A stretch of 64,000 nucleotides of DNA from Trichodelitschia bisporula (GCA_010356995.1 ML996692.1:817933-881932); one strand, 5' to 3'; positions 11,448 to 24,628 are shown, counted from the first letter of the stretch. The notes: generated by a model from the sequence alone, not told the origin. Numbers and translations: made by a program.

Positions 11448-13303
11448 GGGGACGGTGACTGAGGAGAATCGACCACGAGCAAGAGATGAAGAGGGGAGCG
11501 ATCCTGAGGTCGTCGTGGGGTTTGAGGTCTTCATGGGCTCTGAGGGGCCCCGAAAAAATCGGGCAGTTGTGGAGCGATACTACGTACGCCGTTGATGCTC
11601 AGGAAAGGTCGAACTGGTCGATTTCAGTGGGTCCGAGCGCTTCTGGCGCGCTTGCGGATGCCGTCCCAGAACGACGCGTTCCCGCGTGGCGGGAGCTAAG
11701 CCCAATTTGGTAACTACCCACGATGGAGCAGTCGGCGACTATTCTTCGTGGTCTCACGAAACTCGTGTAAATCCCCACTCTCTCCAATTCACGTTTATTT
11801 TGTGAGGCTGTTATCCTTGCTTGATGAGAACCGTATCTCCAACCAACGCGGTGTTATCCATGAGGAAGACTCCTGAAGCCGCATAAGACCACTGAGCCCA
11901 TGACGCATCTAGACTTCTCAGGACAAATATCTGCTTGATAATGGACTAAAGCCCCAACTCAAACCTTCCGTAGAGTACCTTAGTGTCTGGCAAAAAGTAC
12001 TGGAGAATCGGCCATTGTTGGCCTGAAATCGGCCACCTATCATCTCATAACGGTTCTTCCCAATGCCTTCCGGAGGAATCACAGCCATCTTCGGAGTCGG
12101 TGTTCTCATTTGTCCTAGCCCTACGGAAAATCATGGACTTAGACCAGTAGCTTTTATTACCAAGTTAGGGATGGCGTTTGGTGCTCAGGAATGGAGCAGA
12201 GTATTTACGACATCGCATCGGAGCTAGAGCGCATGGGGACACGGACTGGTTAGCGAGCCGAAGTAGTCGAGAACAGATGTTAACGCGACTACATGTGTAA
12301 GCCCAAAGGGGACGACATATGTCAATTCAGCATGTTACAGGTTCAGAGCTCTCGACCCTCATAGAGCGGCTGCTCTACCTCGTGGTGTATGTTCCACTCC
12401 CGGCTCCTACGGGTACTACGTACAACAACAACGGCACTGAACCTCATACGTAGATTCTGACCGTTGAAGCGTATGTCGGTTCTCATTGATGCGTGGGCTG
12501 GAGAGAAATAGTGCAGATATAGCAGGCATCGATGACAGGCATATGCTGTCTTTCCATTTACCGGCATCGATGGAAGACACCTAAGTACAGAGATAATGTA
12601 GCGAGCAATATCCCGAGCGTACTACAGTCCAGAGTTACGTCAATAGCCCCAAGAACCATGTATGGGCAAAGTGAAGCTGTCGCTGGTCGTAGTGGAGGTT
12701 CTGGACTACGAGTTTTGATCCCCGTGCGAAGAGTTTCCCCACCCGTTTCCCCACCCCGACGGCCCGGTATCAAGGCCAAAACTATCCGTCTTCTGATCCA
12801 CCTCGCTATGTTGATCATAACGGGAGGTTCACTGGTGACTCCGAGTCCGGAGTCAGCACCGGTGACGGCATATCATAGACCCTGTGCACGTCATCAGGGC
12901 CACGCGCCCTGAAGGTGGGACTCTTGCTTGAACCCGAGGCAGGAGAGGTGGACCTGGCCGGGGCAGGAGACCAGTTGGTGTTGGGGACTCGGGGTTCCGG
13001 GGACTATGAATCTTTCTCCACTCTTCCTATGGGTTAGCAGTCTTGAAACACCGAGCTACTTTGCTACGGTCCCGTAGCAGACCCGAGTCTAGAGTCCATA
13101 CATTCATACCCTACCCAGAGTCGTTGTAGGGAGACCAGAGTCCTCGGTACGGCGGATTACCCACTGTTGTAGACTAATTGAATCAACCCGCTCGTCTCAA
13201 TCCCACCCACCCCCAACTCACACAGACTCCCGTCCTCGCTCATATTACAACCCAATGCATTGAGCTCGATCATAAAACGCAATATTCAAAGCCACCATCA
13301 TCA

Positions 13304-13396
13304 AATTCAAAGGCACACCCGCAACCTATTCCCAGCCCCACCCGCCAGCACACCTTTCGAGACCGAGGCGCCATGGATGCGCCCATGCTGTTACAC
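13304..13396 (+). pseudogene. Degenerate C2H2 zinc-finger gene relic
   Basis: NSKAHPQPIP-S-PT-R-QHT-F-RDRGA-M-DA-P-MLL-H keeps exact C-x2-C-x3-F-x5-hydrophobic-x2-H-x3-H spacing. The three lost ligands (AGC, CGC, CCC) are each one base from Cys or His. Confidence 0.4.
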
Positions 13397-14730
13397 TCCT
13401 GCACCACCCCCTCGAGCCGTACCGCTGTATCTCGCGCCACGTGCCCCTATAGGGCCGGGTCCCCTCCCGCCGCGGCGTGGTGTTGTTGATCGTATTGTGG
13501 TAGATCCCCATTTGTGGATCCAGGCCAGCCTTACCCACCATCCCGTCTCCATCACCCTACCCACTGCAGGCAGTGCGCGACTCAGTGCCACAGGAGACAT
13601 GGGGCGTAGACGCCTAGACACGGGAATAAACCAAGGTCGTGAATGGCGCGAGAAATCAACCCAGACCAGGAAGCAGCTTCAATGGCTGCCAATTGCATAT
13701 ATTCTCTACGCCCTCATTTTCTTAAATTTTGATCTCCAGTGACATCGCCAACGGCGCGGCTCCGCCAGGCACGCCACCCCCAGTCCACACGCAGCCGACC
13801 ACGTACCCTCCTAACCCTACATGCCATGCAGGTGTGCCGTGACCGGTCGATAAGTAGGCAGCGAAAGACTTGGGGTTGGCGCGCGGTTCACACTTTCCAA
13901 GTACCGTACTGTGGTAAGCTGACATGGGGGATGATCCACAACAGGCTCATCATGCGCATTCAGCTTCGGATGTTCCATGCTGCATGCTTCCTATTCCGGA
14001 GGTCGTCGGCTGTACACGCCTGACGCAGCGAAAGGACGCGGGGGTGGTGAGGAGGACGGACTTATTCCGAAATTTTCGAACTTACGGCGCTACGGGCCGA
14101 GCAAAGCTGGCGGATGCCAGCGAAGCATGCAGCAGCGCGCGGCGCGCGCTTGGGAGGGATTGGATGACGAATAAGGGGACCGTGCTTGAGGATCAGGATG
14201 CGCTCAATGGAAGGGTTGCGTAGAAGTGGCCATTGTGTATGCCCGAGTGGGGGAAGCTTCTTCAGGTTACGTATGGCGTAGAGATCAGGGTGGGGGCGAG
14301 GTTGGCTGACACGAACTCCCTTCCCGAAAGGAAAGTGCGGTCCGCGGGACGGTCCGAGCCGGGTTGACTCGGCCGGGTGGATCTCGTCGGTCATAAGTGG
14401 ATCCCGAAGCTCGAGCCTGACGGCCTTTCCATCTGGGCGATTTGCAGCGAAGGTACGTACTCACAGGTACGTACTTGCAACCGGCGCAAGCCGATATATG
14501 TACACTCATGCTCCGCTACGCTGCAGCGTGACGGAACGTGAGCACAACACCCAATCGAATGCAGGCGGAACAGGTGCATCTAGGCGATGGCATGATTTCC
14601 TCTCATAGCTCTTTTCTCGTGCAAAGCGGAACAGTGTACGAGTATTTGCCGCCGGTTCCAGTCGGGCCGCGAGGTCAATGCCTGGAGCAATGATATATAC
14701 ACCCAGAAAGTGTGCGCGTTCGAGCTCGGC

Positions 14731-14895
14731 GATTCGAAGGATCCGTTCGCTGGCGCCACCATTGCGTCGCTCCGCCTCAGGCCCGTCACCTCCATTCCCT
14801 CGACCTCGCCCTGCTCTGAAGCCATCGAAACCATGCGCGACAAGGGCTTTGACCAGCTGCCGGTGTCTTCGCCGTCCCAAAAGCTCATCGGGCTG
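14731..14895 (+). pseudogene. Isolated fragment of cystathionine beta-synthase (start of the C-terminal CBS domain)
   Basis: DPFAGATIASLRLRPVTSIPSTSPCSEAIETMRDKGFDQLPVSSPSQKLIGL matches the fungal Cys4/MecA CBS domain. Similarity stops abruptly before the expected VTLGNLL, and no catalytic domain lies upstream. Confidence 0.8.
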
Positions 14896-17800
14896 CATCT
14901 AAATCAAACAGACGCAAGCACGGCGTACCGCTCAAGAGCAACGAACAACGCCGACACGAGCAGCATGCTCGGCGAAGCGGAGACCGCTCCAGACAGGTCG
15001 CGGTCCCAGCAAGAGGCCGCTATCGCGGCCGCGACGTCATTCTCGCTTCGCCACTAGCTGATGTGTGCTGCGTGGTCTGCCCGCGTCTGCGTCGGCGTAA
15101 AGAGAGCGGTGAGCTGGCCGCGCGCGGGCATGGCGCGCGTGCCCGCGCGTCCATCGCGGGCGGGTTACTCGCCCGGGGCGCGGAGATTGGGAGTCAGACG
15201 GCCGAAGGGGAGAAGCGCGGGCGTGCAGATGCTGGGGGATGGCGATACCAGCGAGTAAAGGAAGTGGTGAGATTTGTTGGCATTAAAGCATATTTTCATC
15301 CGGTTTGTGGTTTCCACGATCCTTTTCGCGCCCACTTTGGTGACACAATCCAGTCTCTACCGACGTTGAGTACCCTGGTCCGCACGGCCCTTATCTTCAT
15401 GCACACCGTTCGCCTCATCATCGGCTCGGCTCCATTCCCGTGTGGAGGGCCCCATTTTGATGCACCTCTCCAGCTTTTGCTCTCCTTCGACAGCCTTGAA
15501 CATAGGCCGAGTATCCCTGCCCTTGCATCCCGAGTGCCGACCCGCTTGGCTTCGTCGCGGCTGGCGGCGTGGAGGGGCTAGTTCTACGGTTGGACGGGAA
15601 GGGTCAAGTTGCTGAGTGCAAACGGTCATGTCTCGATTGTCTTCATGGTGGATACCGGTTGGCGGAGCGGTATCTTACCTGCTTGACGGACCAGGCAACT
15701 CTTCCATCCAGAGCAAAGATGGACAATTGCGGCCAAATCCTACACTTCCCTGTCCCCCTTTCTCCCTCCGTTCCTGTGCTAGTCGGGTGCGACGGGCAAG
15801 GAGTCGGCTACATGCGTCTTCCGCACTCGACATATGTAAGTGCAGATATGGCAGGCAACGTTTCCAGCATCTAGTGGGTCAGCTCGCGACAAGTGGGAGA
15901 TTGAGTCCCGCACCTTGTTCCCCAATTGGCAAGGCATCGCTAGCTTCAACCATGATCCCTCATCCCGCTGCGGTTGAGCCCGCCGAACCAACGCCCCGAT
16001 CAGTTGCCCCAGCAATCACACCGGAGAAGTTGCTGAGAGGTACAGTACCCGATAGTCATCCCAGACACCTGCACCTCGCGCAACCTTTATCTCTGGCTCG
16101 TCCCAACATGAAAAGAATCCCTGCCTGCTCCTCTCTTTCGTATCTCAAATGGTCTTTCAACATTTACTACCCCTGTCCCCCCACACCCCAATCGTCCCTT
16201 GGTCCCACACACCCGGTGCCCATCCTCCATTACCGTCGTACCCGTGGGCTCGGAGCATCGGGCAGACCTCCGTAATAGTGTGCTTCTTTCAATGACTTTC
16301 AAAAATGTCCTAATCAGGCAATATGAGTCTCGGCTACGTTATGTTAGCAGGCCCACCGTCCCAGACCTTCAGCCTCGCGTCCCCAGTCGTAAGCTCAGAT
16401 CGCCTCTCCAGGGGTCCTCGTTAAGCAAGCCAGAGCCAACCAGAGTCAACCTCGCCCTCGGCCGGCAAGCAGTATGCATTAGGATGTCCATCGGCTTGGA
16501 CAAGCGTGATCGAAGCGCAGATTGCAGGTCAAATATCCTGATCAGTCAATCCGAACATCATGTTTTTCTTCCCTTCTCGATGGACCAGTCCTGTTACCCT
16601 TTTCTGATGTTGGTTTGCATGTCCGCACGTTGTACTCCGTAGAGGGAACCCGCAGCACGGCCACGCCCTTATGCTTCCTCGTTCTCCACCCTTGTGCCAG
16701 TCACGAAGGCCGGGCGGCCGGCCGCTGGTCTTGTCTGGCCTAACCGAAGACGGATGGAACGTGCGGGTGGGGGTTGCCAGACCGTGCAGCATATGCACAG
16801 CGGTGAAGCGCATTGTCAGGACGTGTTGAGGGGATGGCAGCTGTTGGATCGCGGTTCAACAGCTGCGGGCCCGCATGTTCGAGCACGCCGTCCATCGCCC
16901 TTGAAGCGATGAGCAAAGTGCCGTACATAGGTAAGCACGGGGCCTTACATCGTCGACAGTAAACGTTCTAGTTTCCCATATATTTTCTCACCTGTTGCTA
17001 TTGTGCAATAGTCATCGTCTTGCGTTCCAGGATTTTCATCTCAATCCGGTCATCGCGCTTTGCCGTACTTCTTTCTAGTCAGAGCTGGGTAGCCTTGCGC
17101 CTCGTCCCGCAACACCCCTGCCCGTTGCTCCTGCTGCCTTGCGTAGCCCACCTGATACTCCTCTCACTCTTCTACTTTTACTTTTACTTCATCTTCCACA
17201 TCTATCATTGCAGCATCCTCATCTTCAGCTGTCGGGCACCAAGCATCAGGCAGCGCACCAACCCGACCCGTCCACCCGGTGTCTCGCAGGCAGCAACCCC
17301 AACCACGCGGTCTTGCCCAGCTATTGCAGTCATACAGTTTGGTTCGATACCCTCACTCAACCTACTACCGCCTAACACTCAGTAGCTTCTCAGCTCCACA
17401 GTGCACTACAGTACATCGCACGCCCGGATCCAGTCAAGTCACCCTGCGCCCCTTCACCATCTGCCGCGTCTGCCTATCGACACCGCCTCACACATCACAC
17501 GCCGCCCAACGGAACCGTGAACATCAGCATTCAACCATTGCGAACCTCATATAAAAAGGACCACTGGGCACGACCCCTCCCCACACCCCCTCCATACACC
17601 AATTGCTATTCGTTGACGTCCTGCACAACACACCGCAGACATCAACGTACGCCAACCAGCCAGCACAGCCTGACCCCCAACGAAAGCACATATAGTCCCC
17701 ACGCGCCCAGGGCGGACAAAAAAACGAACATCCAGCCTTGCCTTTCCAGCGCTGCAACGTGCTACAACGGGGTTAATCCCGCACCCCCCCATTCTCCGCA

Positions 17801-18043
17801 CCCGCGTGCCACCCGCTCCGTCCCACGCCCACATTCACTTCCCCGCACTTGTCCGTCTGTGTTTTGTCACACCAGGCGCAGCCCAGGCGGAGGAAAGTTC
17901 TGTGGTGTATACACTTTGACAGCAGGCTTTCCAGATTGAGCAGGGAGCCTCAACGCTATATGATTTCGCGAATCTCGCTGTCATAACCCATCCCATACCC
18001 CCCTTCTTTCTCCTTTCTCCTCAATTTGTCTCATCTCCCGACC

Positions 18044-21000
18044 ATGGCTACTCCGGAATCAACTTTTCAGTCTGTTGTCTCGGCTCTTGATCCTGGATCC
18101 ACGGCGGACGATGCTTCGGTACCTACACCCCCATCTGCAGGAGGCAATACCAGCTCCAGCAAAGCCCCTGCTCACAATTCCAAGCCAAAAAAGACAATAG
18201 GCCAGACGAAGTCCGGTGGCAAGCGGAAAAGGAAATCGAAAGCCACCACCACCAGCAAAAAGTCGAACTGCAAGCATGCATCCCGCTCGGCCGCACCTGC
18301 GAAGAGCAAATCGAACCGCAGGAACCGCAAACGCGATGAATCCTCGTCTGGAGAGGAGAGCGACGCATCCGACGCCTCCGAAGACTCGGAGTCAGACTCA
18401 TCAGAAGAGGAGAGCGATGACGAGAGCGAAAGTTCGGATGATGAGCGTCGGTCACGGAAACGCAAAAGCGGAGGCAGTTCACGCAAGAGCAAGGATACGC
18501 GGAAAAAGAGTAAGGGGTCCAGCAGGAAAAAGCCGAAGCGGTCGCGGCAGGTGGAGTCCGAGGTGGACTCGGAAGATGACAGCGAAGAGTCGGGGAGTGA
18601 GGAGGCTGAGAGCGAGTCTAAGTCTGAGTCTGAGTCTGAGAGCCCTATTCGTCGGCGCAAGGGCGATCGGCGGCGAAAAAATGGACGGAAGGGGGACGGG
18701 GAGTGTGATTCGGAGGAGTCGGACGCTAAGAGTGATGCCGCGCAAGCTGCGGAGGCTGAAAAGCGGGCCATGATCGAGGCGCTGGTTACGAAGTTCTTGG
18801 AGCAGGTGACGCTCAAGGAGGCGGCCAGCCTGGCGCCCAAGGAGGGGACCAAGGAAGGGGAGAAGGGTAGCAAGCGGAAGAAGAAGGGCAAGAAGGAGAA
18901 GTCGCGCGAGAGCGAGAAGGAGAAGAAGAAGAAGGAGGGCAGCGAGTACAAGAGGGTGAACCAGGTATGGGACGGTAAGTGGTGTCTCTGTCGTGCTATG
19001 AACAAAGGCTGACTCACCAGGTACCATCCACAACTACAAGTTGGTGGAGAGCGTCGAGGACACCAAGAACGAGTTTGGAGCTTATGTGTTCACTGTCCGG
19101 CGCAAATTTGATTGGGAGAATAAGTATCGGAATACAGTTGTCGACATCAAGTCCAAGCCGCTTCGGGAAGCCTTGAGGGGCATTCTGTGGGGTGTGCAAG
19201 GCGTGGCGCTTGAGGTTGAGGAGCCATCCCTCGACCCCAATATGCTCTTCCTTTATCTGGAAGAGCTGCGCGAGTACTACGTCACAGCGCTCCCAATTTT
19301 GTTGAAGTCGGAAACGGCCAAGGCCCTGAAGAAACAGAAGCCGAAGTCGAAGAGGAAGTCCAAGAAACTCATCAAAAATCTGGAGGACATGATCAACCAT
19401 GTCGAACTTCTCGTCTCTTACCTTGACATAGATTACGACGAGACAAAAAAGGTTCTCTACCCACTCCTCAAGACCGGGCACATCACCTTCGATCTTCTTT
19501 GGGCCCTTTTCAAACCAAACACGATCGCCTTCACCAGCACGTACGGCAATCTGGACGATCCGCGGTGTTTCAAGGTCGACCGGGTAACCAAGGAGTCCAA
19601 CTTCATGGGCCAGGAATGGTACTCCGTCGAGGGTCGGTACTTGGAATACGACGGCAAGACCTTTGGTCTGGGCGATTTTGAAATCAGCGTGACTGGGTTC
19701 AACGGGTCGAAGGAGATTACCAGCCTGGCCGCCTATCCTTTGCATTTCCACAAGGATCCGGAGGGCATCCGCAAAGAGCTAATTGAGCGCGGGAAGCGCT
19801 TCGTCACAACCACCGGGATGAACTACCGGTTCCACAAGGGTATGGCGTACCAGAAGAAGCGGAAGACAATCTTCAAGTTCAACAACAGCGGCCGCATCAT
19901 GATCGATCCAGCTGTTTTCCGCCGGATCCTGCCGAATTACCAGATCTCTACCGTGCGGTCGAAGAATCGCGAAGTCAGTTTTCTCGGCGGAGATGGTTCA
20001 GACGAGGACTGTTCGTGCAGCGAAGGCGGCTCAGACTCTCAACCTCGCGGCCGGAGTGGTACCCTGCGGCATGCCGTTGAGGAGGGCGACGTTCCGCAGG
20101 TGAAGTTCAAGCTCGTTTACGACTCTAGCAAGACGCCACGGCTGGTCGAAGTGCCCATCGACGGGAAGGAAGAGGACCAGCGGGAGGAGAGACTGGCTTC
20201 GTTGCCATGCACCGACGGTGAAGTGCCTGGACGCGTATTTACTGAGGAGGAGCTCCTCATTGCCAGCTCGGTGGTCCTGGGCTTCTCTTTTAGCGATAAA
20301 CTCTGGCTCGAATTCAGTCTCAGTGGCGTACAGGACATCCCATGGAACGAGGAGGCTTTTGCCAGCTTGGTGTTGCCTCACAATCAAAAGCACGTCGTTA
20401 AGGCGCTTGTGAGCTCGCACAAGTTCCACGCGACCAACACCATCGACGATGTCATCCGCGGCAAGGGCAAGGGCCTTGTATTCGTCCTCCACGGCCCGCC
20501 TGGTGTTGGCAAGACGCTGACGGCCGAGGGGGTTGCCGAAGACTTGCGCTGTCCGATTTACGCCGTGAGCATGGGAGAACTGGGCACTGACAGCAGTCGG
20601 CTGGAAGCCCAGTTGCAGCAGATCATGGACATCGCCCATTCGTGGGGTGCGGTGCTGCTGCTGGACGAGGCGGATGTTTTCTTGGAGAAGCGTTCGCACC
20701 AGGACGTGCACCGTAACGCCCTCGTGTCCATCTTCCTACGGCTTCTGGAATACTTCCAAGGCATCCTTTTTCTCACGACCAACCGGGTGGGGACTTTTGA
20801 CGAAGCTTTCCAGAGCCGGATCCACGTGGCGCTGAAGTACGACGAGTTGACTCCTCGCGCACGGAAGACGGTGTGGCGGGATTTCCTGGAGAAGGTGCGA
20901 GTGGCGGAGGGCCTCGATGCCATGCCGTTTAAGGACGATGACTATGAGCAGCTGTCCCGGAAAGGTCTCAATGGCCGACAGGTATGTGATCTCCAAGATT

Positions 21001-21186
21001 TTGCTGGCCTCCACTGACCTTTTACAGATCAAGAATACTGTCCGCACAGCGCAGGCGCTGGCTCTCCACGAGCAGAAGCGCCTATCGATGGAGCACATCA
21101 AGAATGTGCTCGAGGTCGCAGAGGCATTCAGCCGTGACTTGCATGGTGGCACTGGGTATGAGGACGCCATGAGAAGCTACACGTAG
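18044..21186 (+). CDS. Fungal AAA+ ATPase with long Lys/Ser/acidic N-terminus (DUF7025-AAA type)
   Basis: ATG 18044; 46-nt introns 18975-19020 and 20982-21027. ITFDLLWALFKP, Walker A LHGPPGVGKT, Walker B LLLDEAD, LTTNR, FQSRIH, LNGRQIKN; stop 21186. Confidence 0.92.
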
Positions 21187-21202
21187 CTTCGTTCTCAGGC
21201 AA

Positions 21203-21240
21203 CCCCCCCCCCCCCCCCCCCCCCCCCCCCNNNNNNNNNN
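21203..21240. other. Poly-C tract abutting a scaffold gap
   Basis: About 28 C followed by 10 N. Confidence 0.9.
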
Positions 21241-22813
21241 TAACTCTTCTTTTAACTTCTTGTTGACAGTGGCCAGTCCTATTTCCTGTAGTAGCACGCT
21301 TGTAGTACGTTTTGACCTGTTGGAATGTTCGGCGCGCAATACCACGGCACGACTCACGGCCTGTTTTGGAATTTCGGTTTACCGGTGCTCATATCTTGGT
21401 CTAATAAGCGATGGAGTTGTCTGATTTGGCCCTCGTGGATATAGGGAAGATATTGGATGAGATGTACGACTACGAGATTAGAGAGTATTCTAGACTGAAA
21501 AGCCCAAGCCTGTGCCATGAAGACATTTGACCGAATGCCGCGGTGAATAACCATAGGGCTCGCAATTGGAACGGCGTCCCAGGATTATATTGCCTTTAGG
21601 CCTTCATTGTACGCCTTATTGGAACTGTGAGCGTGAGATGTGGAAGTGGATGACGGACAATTCTGTCGAGGTATCACGAGTGAGATTTTGGAGATAGGAT
21701 GAAGGTACGGTACGTTGTCAAACTGCTTCCACTTCCTGCTCGTGACCTCGTGTGACCAGCTCGGATATTTTCGGCATCCGAACCGGCCTTAGACTGACGT
21801 CCTGTCGCCTTGCCTCAACCTCCAACTCCAACCCCGCCCCCAAAAATCCCGCCTATCCGTCCCCATTCCGTGATACGACATGCTAACCAGCGCTAATGCT
21901 GACCATCATATACGACAGTTTCCCTACTTGGTGTGAAAATCCAGGCGAATTCCACTAAGCTGCCGGATACCCAGCCGCAGTCGCAACGGCACACGCGAGA
22001 AGCCCTTTGAAAAGTCGCAGATTGATGCGGCGCCGGGATAGCCCCCAAGTTCCTAGGTGATTACTGGGGATATTCTTGAGCACCGCCAATTGGGGGCCGC
22101 CTTCGATATCACTCCAGCCCTATCCCGGAGGTACGTAGTACGCCATACCAGCCTTTGCGGGGAAGCTAACCCGCTGCCAATCGGCTGGGTGCTGCCCGAA
22201 GGGCTTTCGCGCAGAATCAGGCACCGTACGAGTTCCTGGACGTACATATTATAGAAGAACGTGCTTCTCGCTTTCCCGTTCGCCAGGCTGTCTCGCCGTC
22301 GTGGGATCACCCTTCCCCGGACGCTTTCGCTTATTGCCGACGGGCGGTATACGTCAGGATCTTACGGTGGTCTTGATGAATGGGCCATCGCGCTGGTGTA
22401 CCGTTTTCGGCGGCGCTACATGGCTATAGGCTCTGCACTGAGCGGGGGTGTAGGCCGACTTGTTGAGCCCTGCTCCGGAATCGTGGGCCCAGTTTGGGGA
22501 CGGCACGAGCTCCAGAACGAATTCGTTCTTTTCGCTTCACCTGGACATGACTATCCACGTGCCTATCGGCTTTCTCTATAGACAATCTCAGAAGCACGAT
22601 CGTTCAACACCGGGGACAGGCTTGTTGTACGTGAGGGGCCGAACACAGACACAATGCTAACTCGGTAACTCTATACTTCGCTGCAAGGTAACATGCCATA
22701 TTCGTACTTCACCCTGCGACCACCTCTCTAAATTCTTATCTGTCGCTCGCTTCCGAATTCCTCATCTTTCATCGTGTGTCTCCTCCACCACCATACTCCT
22801 CACCGTAGACACA

Positions 22814-24018
22814 ATGCGGCTCCTCTCCGCCGCCATCCTCCTTCTCCCCGGTGCCCTCGCCCTCCCCGGCACGAACCTCCGCCGCCTAGAAACCCCCCTC
22901 AACGCCTCCTCAGCCGATGTCCTCTACACCCCACCACCCGGCGTGGTCGTCGAGCCCGACCTGGACATGACCAAGCCCCCGCAAACCCCAGGCGCGAAGC
23001 TCACCAAAATCCGGCACGGGCCGTACAAAATCACGCCCAACAGCATGCTGCCCATGCAGATGAAGAACAACCTCGAGAAGCCGTGTACCGACTGCTACAT
23101 CCTCGCCATGCAGGGCGGGTTGGAGTATGAGGACGGGACGGTGGCGAATATCGACTCTGGCGCGTGGTTACAGTGCGATTTCCCCCCTCGTTCAAGGCGA
23201 AGCCCACGCTGATGTTTTTGCTTGTAGCCATATGACCATGTCCAACGCCATGCGCAAGGACATCGTGTGCGACGGCTGGTGGGCCCGACCCCAACGCTTC
23301 TACTCCGCCGGCAACGAGCGCGAAGTCAGCCGGCTGAACCCCGGCTCCCTCAAGTTCGGGCTCAAGATCGGGTACTGGGACAGCTTCGCCATGCTGGTCG
23401 AGCTGATGAACCAGAGCGACCGCAACATAACGGTCTTCGTGACGCAGGTGGCTCCTTCCCCCCACCACAAGGCAGGGTCCAAACTCACATCCCACTAGAC
23501 GTACGAAACCCTCCCCACCCGCGAAGCCGAAGCCCAGGGCTACAAGCCCGCCGACAGCATCTGGATGGACATCACGGGATGCGGCATCAGTGAGACCGAA
23601 GCCCGCGAGGGGCGCTACGAGCTCTACTCTCCGATCTGGAATTCCACCGTTGACGGCACGCTCATCTTCAGCACGGGACATCTGCACGACGGCGGCGAGA
23701 GCACGACGCTGTATGTCAACCGCGTGCCCGTGTGTACGAACACGCAGCTGTATGGCCGGCGGCGCGCGTACGTGGAGAAAAGTACAGGACGCACGCACAT
23801 CAGCGACACGGGTGTGTGTAAGGATTTTGCGAAGATCAAGAAGGGGGATCAGCTTGTGCTCGGTGTGGTGTATGATACGAATAAGTACCCGCTTGAGAAG
23901 AGCATGCATGGGCATGGGTTTGAGCCGTTGATGGGGATTAGTAGGGTGAGTTTTTTCCTTTGTGCTTGTCTCTCGTGGGGATAGGATGGGCTGACAGATG
24001 CAGATTTATATCGGATAA
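22814..24018 (+). CDS. Secreted PHM/dopamine beta-hydroxylase-like putative copper protein (4 exons)
   Basis: Signal peptide MRLLSAAILLLPGALA; introns 23173-23227, 23448-23498 and 23946-24003. The spliced product contains KPCTDCY, GAWLHH, VELMN, GHLHDGG and EPLMGISRIYIG*. Confidence 0.75.
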
Positions 24019-24628
24019 TCAGTAGCAGGGGAGGCGTAATGAGTGGAAGTAGTTGCATCGGCATCGTGTGGACGACTTGAGCCGCCTCATGGGTAAAAAG
24101 AGGGGTATATGGCTATCTTTGCGCAATGCAGTTGCGAATGAATCCACCCGTCCCTCTCCATCGTGCCCTTCCTCGCAATACAGCAAGCTCGAGGTCCAAA
24201 ATCGCATGCGAATATCCAACCCCCACCCGGATTCCAGGTGATCCAAGGCGTACCTCAACCCCCCCAAAGAAAAACAAAAAACGCCTTGTTCGTCCCCCGC
24301 ACCATGCTTTCGTGGGTATTGATACATGCCATCCCCGCCGTGTCATCCGCTCCCGACCCTCGGACCATGCCAAAATGCTGATACAACCGCCCCGGTACGT
24401 GTGCTGTTAACGATGAAGAAAAGGGATCCGGTTGCCCCCTTCTATGGGCTCCAGTAATGAGTGATACAAATGCTGAACGCCGCCGTATGCATCGTCCGAT
24501 GCGCCTGGCCTTCCTTGCCGATGCCCGGGTCCCGTTCGTGTTGCTTGTTCGTCTCCTGCTGGTGTTGCGCGCAGGGGAGTCATCTGTCCATTTCCACTCC
24601 AAACCTGCCAGCATCCCTATTCTCGCCC

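Noticed and set aside
14960..15055. Minus-strand WRSENDVAAAIAASCWDRDL resembling an aldo-keto reductase segment
   Set aside because: Too short and divergent to support without a search.
11550..17900. Intact transposon or Starship element explaining the gene-free tract
   Set aside because: No transposase, reverse transcriptase or tyrosine recombinase ORF, and no terminal repeats or target-site duplication that I could identify.
22050..22420. Coding-like minus-strand frame interrupted by stops
   Set aside because: Possibly a relic, but I cannot assign a family.
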